From contig JAXLNO010000153.1 of NCBI GenBank assembly GCA_038087875.1, forward strand, positions 1 to 64,000: 64,000 nucleotides of DNA, read 5' to 3'. The position numbers were made by a program, and so were the translations under genes. Source of the stretch: Malacoraja senta. Lineage: Eukaryota. Below the pieces are notes generated by a model, which was not told where the DNA came from, made no database searches, and saw only the letters and a program-made list of their open reading frames with translations. This document shows, piece by piece, positions 47,017 through 58,689 of the stretch; positions within the stretch are counted from its first letter, which is position 1; each line of letters begins with the position of its first letter.

Positions 47017-48315
47017 GTATTCCGTCCCTTAATCTTAAACGTTGTCCCTTTCATTCTCAAATATGTGCATCCACATTTAGCTAAATGGGAGGATTCAATG
47101 TGTATGCTGTTGGGTTGTAAAATACCCAAGTGGAATATAAGGTGTTCTTCCACTTGTGAGTGTGGCCTCACTCTTACTGATGGAGGTGGCCTAGGATTAA
47201 AGGGTCACTCAAGGAAGAGGGGGTTCAAAGATCCTAGCACCCAGGACATCTGGCAGGCCTTGGTCGACTGAGTGCATGTATTTGGTGGATCAGTCGCCTG
47301 ATCTGCACTTGTTCTTACCGATGATAGGAGACCGCATCGGGAGGCTGAGTGTGGTGGATGGGGTTGGAGGACGTGCGTGTGAGCCCCTGCCTCAATAGAC
47401 AATATCAAATAGACAATAGGTGCAGGAGAAGGCCATTCGGCCCTTCGAGCCAGCACTACCATTCAATGTGATCATGGCTAACCATCGCCAATCAGTACCC
47501 CGATCCTGCCTTCTTCCCATATCCCCTGACTCCGCTATCATTAAGAGCCCTACCAAGCTCTCTCTTGAAAGTATCCAGAGAACCGGCCTCCACCACCCTC
47601 TGGCGAGAATTCCAGACACTCACAACTCTCTGTGTGAAAAAGTGTTTCCTCCCCAGGACACAGACGGAATAAGCATAAACCTCCCCTTGTCCTGGTCCTT
47701 TGCTTTTCATTCCACCAGCCTTAGCAACTTCCCATCCCCGCACCTTTCCGCATAGACTGCTCCCTCCACAACTCTTTGGTTCACTTGTCCTTTCCCACCC
47801 AAATGACCACCTTTCCCGATATTTTTCCCTGCAGCCACAGGAGACGCATCCTCTGCAAACTTACTAATCATGCTTTTGTACATTAGATGGGAATGTACTA
47901 GGCATGATTAGTAAGTTTCAAGATGATACTAAAGTGAGTAGCATTATACACAGTGAAGATGGTTATCAAAAATGACAGCAGGATCTTGATCAGCTGGGCA
48001 AGTGGGCTGAAGAATGGCTAATGTAGCTTAATGCAGGTAATTGTGAGGTTTGCATTGTGAAGTCTAACCAGGGCAGGATGAATGGTGGGGCTCTGGGAAA
48101 TGTAGAGCAGAGGGCTTCTAGTACAGCTAAACGGTTCTATGAAAGTGGCAGCACAGGTAGCTAGGGTGGTAAAGAAAACTTTTGTTACATTGGCCATCAT
48201 CAGTCAGGGTGCTGAGTATAGAAGTTGGACATTATGATGCAATTGTGCAAGACATTAGTGAGCCTACATTTAGAGCATTGTGTTCAATTTTGTTGAGGGA
48301 TATCATCAAGCTGGA

Positions 48316-48916
48316 TAGAGTCCCCTATTACTACTGCCCTCCTCTTCTTTTCCTTACCCCTCTGAGCAACAGGGCCGGTCTCTGTACCGGAGGCCCGGCC
48401 GCTGTCGCTACCCGCAGGTAGGCTGTCCCCGCCAACAGTACTCAAACAGTACTTATTGTCAAGGGGTACAGCCACCGGGGTACTCTCTAGTCCCTGCCTC
48501 TGCCCCTTGCCCCTCCTAACTGTACCCACTTGTCTGTCTCCTGTGGTTTTGCAGTGACCACCTCTCTATAACTCCTCTCTATGACCTCCTCACTCTCCCT
48601 GACCAGACGGAGGTCATCGAGCTGCTGCTCCAGGTTCCTAATACGGTCCTTTAGGAGCCCCATCTCGACGCACCTGGCGCAGATGTGGACGTCTGGAGGG
48701 CTATTAGACTCCATGACTTCCCACATCTGACATCCAGAACAGTCAACTGCCCTGGCCCTCATACTCCCCCCTTACCCTGGATACAATACAAAGTGCAATA
48801 CAATACAATACAAAGTGCAATACAATACAATACAAAGTGCAATACAATACAATACAAACTGCTGGAAGAAATCAGCAGGGATCTGCCACCCAATCAGCTG
48901 CTCCCTCTTGTCCGCT
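48316..48916 (-). mobile_element. CR1 5' end (5' UTR and ORF1 zinc finger/leucine zipper) at the duplication junction
   Basis: ORF 48487..48762 CSGCQMWE..HICARC..L......LEQQL; ORF 48284..48529 ..AVVIGDSI. Confidence 0.88.
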
Positions 48917-51763
48917 TGAAATAGTAAAGTCAATGAGAAGTTATTAGAAGTCAAGTGTTTGCATGCATGTTTTAAGTTACTCGACTGTTTATAAAGATTA
49001 AGTTGTACTAAACTAAATTAAACCTCGGTTTAGAATCTTGTTGGACACGTCAGTTGATACCCTATAGAGGTAATAGGGTCACCAATCCTTTCCACATTCA
49101 CTCTATGCCTTTCATTATTCTGTAAGTTTCAATGTGATCCCCCCCTCAACCTTGTAAACTCCAGCGAGTAGGGGCCCAGTACCGTCAAACGCTCACCATG
49201 TGCTAACCCACTCATTCCTGAATCAATCTTGTAAGCCTCCTCTGGACTCTCTCCAGAGCCATCCTTCCTCAGATATGTTGTTCAAATTTGCTCACAGTAC
49301 TGCGGGCTGACCAGCGCCTTATGGAGCCTCAGCATTGCATCTCCTTATAGAGCCTTATAGAGCCTCAGCATTACATGTCTTGCCTAAAGGTTTATAATTA
49401 AGTCTGCCGACTACTTGTGTGTGTACCACCCTGTGTGTGGAAAACGTTGACCCTCTGGTTCCTCTTGAATATTGCCCCTCTCACCTTAAATCTATGTCCT
49501 CTGGTTCTTGATTTCCCCAACTCTGGGTAAAAGGTTGTTCATTCATCCTATCTATTCCCCTCATCATTTTGCACACCTTGTCTTGTATTCCATCTGGCAT
49601 TTCTTTATCAATTTTGTGGTTCTCCTTTGTTCTAAATGCTCCCATTCTTCAGATCAAAAACTATTTCTGACAACATGACCTTTTTAACTCCCTTTATTCC
49701 TCATGCCAGCCATCGATAATTCACTGTTTTTTGTTGGGTTTTTGTGCATTAAAATAATTTTCTTTATTGTTCTTGATGTCAGATCAAAGGGAAGATAAAG
49801 TTACCAAAATGGAAACCTAAAATAATGCCCTTTGAAGATGGTCTAGGAAATGATGAACCTGGTGAAGCAATTCCACACATTGTGCAAGTTAAATAAAAAT
49901 CCTTTTGCTCTGACATTTCCATAAGGAAACAGCAATTTATTGGGAACTGAACATAATATTTGAAATGAAGTAGTCACCAAAAAGTGCATCATTTTGAAAT
50001 GTACTTTTCTATGTTTCTCACATTTAATGAGTCAATGGTACTTTATTGTCTCATGTATCTAGGTAGAGTGACATTCATGTATTGTATACAGTTCAGTAAC
50101 AATCTTGTTGTAAATGGGGCACAATCATACTAAAGTACTGGAGTGTGAGATTAGTAGATCACATTGAGGCACTACACCAGAGTCGCCATGTTTCCAGCGA
50201 CATCTTGTGCCCTTCAAGTTCAGAGTTATTAAAAATGTGAGAGTCCCAACTTGGCCATAAAGGCACATTGTCCAGGCGGTGGCAGTGGGTTGGAGTTGCA
50301 GGGGTCAGCTTGACCAGGCGATATGTCGATGCCCTCCACCGTTGCTCCGCTTCTCTGTGCCGATGCAGGCTGCATCTGCTCCACACGCATGGCCAGTGGG
50401 TTGGAGTTGCAGGGGTCAGCTTGACCAGGTGATGTGTCGATGCCCTCCACCGTTGCTCCACTGCTCCGTGCCGATGCAGGCTGCATCTGATCCACACGCA
50501 TGGCCATTTGCAACGGCGCCTGATCTAATTGGAATTTGGAAGGGGGAGGGATGGAGAGAGAGGGAAAGCAAGGGTTATTTGAAGTCAATATTCATACCGC
50601 TGCCCAAGCGAAATGTGTGGTGCTGTTCCTCCAATTCGTGCTGGGGCTGACTCTGACATTGGAGGAGGCCCAGGACAGATAGGTCAGTATGGGAATGGGA
50701 GGGGGAATTAAAGTGTTTAGCAATTAGGAGATCAGGTAGGTTTAGGTAGACTGAGCGCAGTCAAGGATCGAACCTGGGTCTCTGGCGTTGTGGGGTAGCA
50801 ACTCTACAATCTGTGTCACTGTGCCTCCCATCTCTGCATGGAAACCCAATCACAGATTAGGCAACTGGTTTGCAGAGCCGTTACATTTAGTATCCCAAGG
50901 GTGAAGTGTGACTATTTTCATGGGGTAGTTACGTTTTTTTAATGGAAAGTCTTTCATTGTCTGAACTGTCAAAAAAATAATATTATCTAATATTAATTAA
51001 AGTAATTTAGTATTAAGAAATGGAATTAGAGTCCAAATAATGCCTAGAATAATACAATATGGTAAATGTCATTAGAGCTAAATATACAAGATATTTAGCA
51101 AACTATGACTTGCACCCTGCACTACGATGTAAGTTGATTGGAAAAACTCAATGCCTTGTTTTCAGATGAATTTAGATTTGTACAATTAGTTTGTACTTTT
51201 GGTGATGATCAGTAAATCTTATTCTTCAACTTTTAACTTGGTATATTTCTCATTTATCCTTTTTTGCAGAACATATCAATCAGGATGTTTGCCAGCAATT
51301 GACACCATTGCTGGCAAGCGCGAGATTAACCAGTGATACCTGGGTTACATTTGTGCTAGTCTGGCAGTGAACCGTTCAATCATTTGCAGGTATTCCGTCC
51401 CTTAATCTTAAACGTTGTCCCTTTCATTCTGAAATGTGTGCATCCACATTTAGCTAAATGGGAGGATTCAATGTCCATGCTGTTGGGTTGTAAACTACCC
51501 AAGTGGAATATAAGGTGTTCTTCCACTTTTGAGTGTGGCCTCACTCTTATTGATGGAGGTGGCCTAGGATTGGAGCATCGCTCAAGGAAGAGGGGGTTCA
51601 AAGAGCCTAGCACCCAGGACATCTGGCAGGCCTTGGTCGACTGAGTGCATGTATTTGGTGGATCAGTCGCCTGATCTGCACTTGTTCTTGCCGATGGTAG
51701 GAGACTGCATCGGGAGGCTGAGTGTGGTGGATGGGGTTGGAGGATGTGTGTGTGAGCCCCTGC

Positions 51764-52160
51764 CTCAATAGACAATATAAAATAGACAATAGGTGCAGGA
51801 GAAGGCCATTCGGCCCTTCAAGCCAGTACCGCCATTCACTGTGATCATGGCTGATCATCCCCAATCAGTACCCCGTTCCTGCCTTCTCCCCTGACTTCTC
51901 ATATCCCCTGACTCCGCTATCTTTAAGAGCCCTACCAAGCTCTCTCTTGAAAGTATCCAGAGAACCGGCCTCCACCACCCTCTGAGGCAGAGAATACCAC
52001 AGACTCACAACTCTCTGTGTGAAAAAGTGTTTCCTCATCTCCGTTCTAAATGGCTTACCTCTTATTCTTAAAGTGTGGCCCCTGGTTCTGGACTCCCCCA
52101 ACATCGGGAACATGTTTCCTGACTTTAGCGTGTCCAAATCCTTTATAATCTTATATTTTA
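51764..52160 (-). mobile_element. CR1 3' end
   Basis: ORF 51865..52137 (TRGH.L, FFTQRVV..W) and the 3' UTR. Confidence 0.9.
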
Positions 52161-52339
52161 AAGATTATAATATAATCTGGAACTAGATTACAATATAATC
52201 TCCACTGGAAGGGCGTCTTGATGTCCCTGGATGGACGTGAGTGAGGGGTATAGCACCACCTGCGGTCGCAGGAGAACCTACCTGGGAGGAAGAGGTGATT
52301 TGGGTGTCATTGCCTCAGGCAACCTCCCCTGCACAGATT

Positions 52340-53680
52340 CCAACCTTGTAGTTACTCAGCCCTGTACTGCTCCTTTCTATCTCCTTCCCCAAATCCCCCC
52401 TCTCCCCTGCCCCCTCCCTTCTGGCCTACATCTGAGATACCTCTCGCACTCTTCCACACATCAATAACTTTCAATTCCTAGGCCCCCATTCCCTCATCTT
52501 CACCATGGACCTTCAGTCCCTTTATATTTCTATTCCCCACCAGGAAGGTCTTGCAGCCCTCGGCTTCCTCCTCCAGAGACCCATTCAGTTCCCCTCTGTT
52601 AACACTCTCCTCCACCTGGTGGAACTTGTCCTCGCTCTCAACATCTTTCCTTTTGACTCCTTTTACTTTCTTCAAGTTAAAGGTGTAACCATGGGCAGCA
52701 CTTTGACCCCAGCAATGTATTTCTTTTCATTGGTTATAATCAAACAGTCCTTATTCCACACATACACTACTGCTCCACTCTTTCTCCACTGCATCGGGGC
52801 TGCCTCCTGCACCCATACACAACTTGCTGATTTCAGTAACTTCACCAGTAACTTCCACCCTGTCCTCAAATTCACGTGGAACATCTCTGACATCGCTCTC
52901 CCCTTTCTAGATCTCTCCGTCTCCATTATATGGGGACAGATTATTGACAGACATCAACTACTGTACAAACACACTGACTCCCACCGACTATACATCATCC
53001 CACCCTGCCCCTAGCAACGATGCCATCCCCTACGCTCAATTTCACCATCTCTGTTGCATCTGCTCTCAAGATGAGGCTTTCCACTCGAGGACATCCTCTT
53101 TCTTTAGCAAACATGGTTTCCCTGCTGTCGTAAGTATATATGGATCCTTCACTTGTATCTCCCGTGTTCTGTAGTTTTTCTCTCACTCCCCCTCTCCCCA
53201 AATGAACAAGGATAGTGTTACCCAGCTCCTTACCTTTCATACCACCTGCCTCCACATCTGTCATTTCAGCCACCTACATCACCACTACCAGTCACCTCTT
53301 CCCATCCTTATCCACAGAGACTGCTCCCTCCACACTACTTCGTTCCCACCCAAACCATCCACTCTCATGTTCTTTCCCCTGCAACCACAAGAGATGTAAT
53401 ACCTGTTCCTATACATCCTCCATATATATCCTGCAATTCAGTTCTCACTTCCTCTCACCACCCTCACCCCCCCCCCCCCCCAGGCCACAGACGGAATAAG
53501 CATAAAGCTCCCCTTGTCCTGGTCCTTTGCTTTTCTTTCCACCAGACTTTGCAACTTCCCATCCCCACACCTTTCCGCACAGACTGCTCCCTCCGCAACT
53601 CTTTGATTCACTCATCCTTTCCCACCTAAATGACCACCTTTCCCGATACTTTTCCCTGCAGCCACAGGAGATGCATCCTC
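52340..53680 (+). mobile_element. Decayed Penelope RT and linker
   Basis: ORF 52505..53014 MDLQSLY.SIPH, GVTMG, LPFLDL; AIPYAQF; FPCNHKRCNTC. Confidence 0.8.
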
Positions 53681-55352
53681 TGCAAACTTACTAATCATGC
53701 TTTTGTACATTAGATGGGAATGTACTAGGCTTGATTAGTAAGTTTTCAGATGATACTAAAGTGAGTAGCATTATACACAGTGACGGTGGTTATTAAAAAT
53801 GACAGCAGGATCTTGATCAGCTGGGCAAGTGGGCTGAAGAATGGCTAATGGAGCTTAATGCAGGTAATTGTGAGGTTTGCATTATGAAGTCTAACCAGGG
53901 CAGGATGAATGGTGGGGCACTGGGAAATGTAGAGCAGAGGGCTTCTAGTGCAGCTAAACGGTTCCATGAAAGTGGCAGCACAGATAGCTAGGGTGGTAAA
54001 GAAAACTTGTGTTACATTGGCCATCATCAGTCAGGGTGTTGAGTATAGAAGTTGGACATTATGATGCAATTGTGCAAGACATTAGTGAGCCTACATTTAG
54101 AGCATTGTGTTCAATTTTGGTCAGGGATGTCATTAAGCTGAAAAGAGTCCAGAGAAGATTTATGAGGTTGTTTCCAGGACCCGGGGGCTTGATTTCGAAG
54201 AGGGAATCTAGGGAGAAATGGAATCGAGGTATTTGGAGATTAGTTCCGTGCAGCAGTGAGAAACAATGGGTTAGCCAAGCCAGTCCAATCTGTGGATTTT
54301 GGGACTGAGACCATAAGGTTGGAGTTGTGGATGGGAAATCAGCAGCGGTGATGACCCACCCAAACCACCACCTCCCCAGGTACTTTCTCCAGGAACCAGA
54401 GGAAATGTAACACTGGTCCCTATACTTCCTCACATCCATCCAGGAATCCCAAAGTCCTTCCAGGTGAGACGAGGTCACATGCACCTCCTCTACCCTCTAC
54501 TACATTCTGTGCTCCTGATGTGGCCTCTTTACTTCTTCACCCAGACCAAACTTAGACTGGGCAACCATTTTGTCGAATACATACATTTGGTCCACCAGGG
54601 CCAGTTAGATCTCCAGGTTCCTTAACCATTTTATCTCCCCGTCCCATTCCCATTCCCATACTGACCTTTCTGTCCTGGGCCTCCTCCATTACCAGAATGA
54701 GGCCACCTCATATTCTTTCAGCACCTTTATTTTGCTTGGGTAGCTTCACTGCACGAGATAGTTCAGCTCTTGCTCCCCCCTCCCCTCCAGATAGAGCAAG
54801 GATGGTCCTTGCGTATCGCCCCTCCACATCCAGCATATCATTCTCCAAAACTTCCGCCATCCCACTGCCAGTCACATCTTCTCATCGCCACTGTTTTCCC
54901 CTTCCCGCAGAGACCTCTCCCTCTGAAACTCCTTGGTTCACCCTTTTCTTCCCATCCAAACCACCCCTTCCCCCAAATATTTTCCTCTGCAAACACAGGA
55001 GATGTGTCATTTGCAAACTTAGTAATCATGCTTTTGTACATAGTTGAGAATGTACACGGCATGATTAGTAAGCTTTGAGATGACACTAAAGTAGGTAGTA
55101 TTGTAGGCGGTGAAGCTGGTTATGATCTTGCTCAGCTGGGAAAATGGGCTAAAGAATGGCTAATGGAGGTTAGTGCAGATAAGTGTGAGGTGTTGTATTT
55201 TGGAGAGTTCAACCAGGACAGGACCTTCACAATGGTAGGGCTCTAGGGAGTGTGGTAGAGCAGAGCAATCTTGCAGTACGAGTATATAGTTCTCTGAAAG
55301 TGGTGTCACAGATAGATAGTGGTAAAGAATGCTTTTAATACATAGGCTTTCA

Positions 55353-56473
55353 TCTGACCTCCACACCTGTGTCAACCAGAAACCGCCGCCTCGAATGACG
55401 GTCCCAGGTGTAGAGGCGATTCTTCTGGCCGGCCGCACCATTTCCCAGATATGAGCAGGGCGGGCGGCTTTGTTGGGCCACAGCATTTCCAGGATACAAG
55501 CAGGATGGACGGCATTGGTGGGCTGCAGGACCCCAGCGTTGGTGGTAGCAACACCATCTACCTCTACCCTGCTGGAAACCAGCCTTCCGATGGAACACTC
55601 AACTGACACAGAAAATGACCGCTGGCTGCGTTGCGGCCTTGCCGACACCCGACCGATAGAAAAGGCCCCCTGCTGTTTGGCTGCCACAGCTCGTCGGTAC
55701 TTTCAGCCAGCCACAGCGGGACAGCAAAATCCTCACCCGCGAGGAGCAGGCGGATGTCCTCGGGCATCTGCTCCAGAAACACGTGCTCAAATAGGAAACA
55801 GAGCTGATGACCGTCCATCAAGGTGAGCATTTCACACATCAGATCCAACGGCTTGTGATCACCGAGACCACCCATGTACAGACTCCTCGCAGCCCGCTCC
55901 CGCTTGCTCAGCCCGAAAGTGCGCAATAGGGGCGTCTTCAGGCCGTCATACTTGCCAGCAGCCGGCGGCTGGCGAAGTAAATGAACGAGATGACCAGCCG
56001 TGTCATTATCCAAGGCCCCGACCATGTAATAATATTTTGTGTCGTCAGCAGTAATGTGCCGAATATGAAATTGAGCCTCGGCCTGCTACAACCATACGTG
56101 CGTCTGCATCGTCCAAAACACGGGCAATTTAACCGCAACGGCGTTCTGTTGAGCTGGAGGGCTGGCGACTGCATCGGGCGGGCTGTTAGCTGCTTCCATT
56201 GTGCGATCCAAAACCACAGTTTGGAAAACGTCGAGGTCACCAGTAAAGCGTAATAAAGTGAGCCACACGTTGTGAACTCAAGGACAAGCTTTATTGAACA
56301 AAAACTAATTCCAAAACAAAAGCAGTGTTGCTGAGCCCAGAGTAACTGCGTGTCATTGCAGCAGGGCACTCCCTCGACTTCCTTTCCAACCCCGTCCCTC
56401 AGTCACGTGCCTCTTACCACATGATGAACGAGGGTTCGATTAACCAGTAGCCCGACCACAAGATGGCACCACA
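55353..56473 (-). mobile_element. Gypsy LTR retrotransposon 5' part (CsRN1-like): LTR, tRNA-Trp PBS, gag, protease start
   Basis: LTR ~56243-56473 starting TGT; PBS TGGTGACCTCGACG 56229-56242; gag VAVKLPVFW..QAEAQF; CHCC knuckle CYHQRWG..A.QC..SC; FLVDTG. Confidence 0.88.
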
Positions 56474-56739
56474 ATTGTACTTTTTATAAAAAGTGCACTC
56501 ATTGGTTTCCATTAGTTCTTGTAAAATGAAATCTTTATGGTCCAATCTTTCAAAAAAATAATTATTACAAATTAAATATGATTTATTACTGTGCAAACTT
56601 TATTAAAGATAATTGTTTTGAAATATTTTGAATACTTTTTTATAACAATATATTTATCTAGTTATTTAATCAGTATCCTATTCAGTGAGCAACTGAAAAC
56701 AGGAACAGAATAGCAGGACTCAATGTCAGCAACTACATC

Positions 56740-57070
56740 AGGGCAGATTCAGTTCTGCAGCTGAAAGCGGTGAGCATCCCAGAGTGACAGCTCCTTATGG
56801 GTGTATAGAAAGGAAGGCAGACACTAGTGGAGCAGCCGTGTGGGGTGAGGCTGTGTGGAGGGTAAGTGCGAGGCTTTGCATCAACAGGCTTTGGCATAAA
56901 GGGGTACAGCAGGATAAGGTACAGTCTTTTTTTCTTGCATTAATCTTCCCTGGTCTGGTGCAGTGAAGATGGCAGTTAAGGCAGCAATATGTTTATCCTG
57001 CAAGATGTGGAAAGTCAGCGAGACTTCCAGTGTCCTTGAGGACTACACCTGTAAGAGATGCTTCCAGCTG
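56740..57070 (+). mobile_element. CR1 5' end (ORF1 zinc-finger start)
   Basis: MAVKAAICLSCKMWKV...YTCKRC..LQ. Confidence 0.7.
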
Positions 57071-57077
57071 CAGCCAC

Positions 57078-57934
57078 TTCCAGCCTGCCATTCTGAAAAG
57101 GACCCGTTCACTCCTACTCTTTGCTTCCGGTCTGCCAACCAATTTTCTATCCATGTCGACACCCTACCGCCAATACCATGTGCTCTAATTTTAGTCACCA
57201 GTCTCCCGTGCGGGACCTTATCAAAGGCTTTCTGGAAGTCTAGATACACTATATCCTCTGGCACCCCTTCATCAATTTTACTTGTCACATCCTCAAAAAA
57301 TTCCAGAAGATTAGTCAGGCATGATTTCCCTTTCATAAATCCATGTTGACTTGGACTAATCCTTTTACTGCTATCCAAATGCCCCATTATTACCTCTTTA
57401 ATAATTGACTCCAGCATCTTTCCCACCACCGAAGTCAGGGTAACTGGTCTGTAATTCCCCGTTTTCTCTCTCGCTCCTTTCTTGAAAAGTGGGATAACAT
57501 TAGCTATCCTCCAATCCACAGGAACTGATCCTGAATCTATTGAACATTGGAAAATGACCACCAATGCGTCCACTATTTCTAGTGCCACCTCCCTGAGGAC
57601 CCTGAGATGCAGACCATCAGGCCCAGGGGATTTATCATCCTTCAGCCCGTATTGCCCGTTTTGTTTCCTTCTGTTGTCCTATGAAAGTTTCTCAATCCTC
57701 TGACTTCTGGCTACTCTTTGCTGTGTTATACATCTTTTCTTTTAGTTTTATTCTATCCCTAACTTCTCTTGTCAGCCACGGTTGCCTCCTACTCCCCTTA
57801 GAATCTTTCTTCCTTTTTGGAATGAAATGATCCTGCATCTCCCGGATTATGCCCAGAAATTCTTGCCATTGCTGTTCCACCGTCATTCCTGGTAGGATCC
57901 CTTTCCAGTCTACTTTGGCCAGCTCCTCTCTCAT
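57078..57934 (-). mobile_element. CR1 ORF2 internal fragment
   Basis: VPVDWRIANVIPLFKKG, NYRP, QHGF, YLDFQKAFDKVPH. Confidence 0.92.
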
Positions 57935-58322
57935 ATTGAAGTAAAATTTAGTTAAGTTTCGCTTTCCTTACTGTGACATCATCATTCTTGTAAAACATGT
58001 GATGTTCGATGCTATTGTGATTGGCTAAGATGTATTATATTGTGTATGATTGAAATCGGGTGGAAAAATTGTCCCCACCTATATAACCATGTGATACTGT
58101 AGTTATTGGTCTAGAATTACTGTGCATTGTAAGTTACCTCCCACTATATCAACCATATATATATGCTAATTCCTTTGTTTGAGCACATGTGTTTTTCCAT
58201 GATCCACTGGGAGAGCTTCCCAGGGGGGTACAGAGAAACGTGGTCACCATGGTGAAATAAAGGAAAATATTCTAGTCGGTGTTGTTCCTGTGTGGTTAAT
58301 TCTTCATCAGATTGTTATTCAA
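57935..58322 (+). mobile_element. Possible solo LTR
   Basis: Short terminal inverted motif TTGAA...TTCAA, ATTGG boxes, TATA-like tract, AATAAA at 58256. Termini are imperfect and no TSD was seen. Confidence 0.3.
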
Positions 58323-58689
58323 TGTATATATATCTACACTGTTACCAAAAGTCTCATCTTGACCACTTCCTGTCTATGTTGTAAATACATTTTAGAAAAA
58401 ACGCTACCGTATATCGCTATGTTTTTACCGCCATCTTACTCACCGTCCTCCTCTCCTCTCACCGCCCCAAGATTTTTTCTGATCGGTGAAATAATAAAAA
58501 AAGTTGTGAATATTTTAAAGATTGTGAGATCAGCTGATTGGTTCTCGCCTCTCAGTCAGCATGAAGAAGGTCACGCCCCTTCCGGGGGGCAAGAAGAGTA
58601 AAGCCCCGGAGGCCGAACGTGAGTCAGTAACTCTGGAAGACGGTGAGTGCGAGTTGAGTTCAGAACTGTGATTCTACGCCGTGTATGAA

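Larger units (their letters stand above)
44115..54140 (+). repeat. Tandem duplication: copy A 44115-~48320, copy B 48916-~54140
   Basis: Colinear high identity starting TTGAAATAGTAAAGTCAATGAG in both copies, with copy-specific deletions. Confidence 0.93.
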
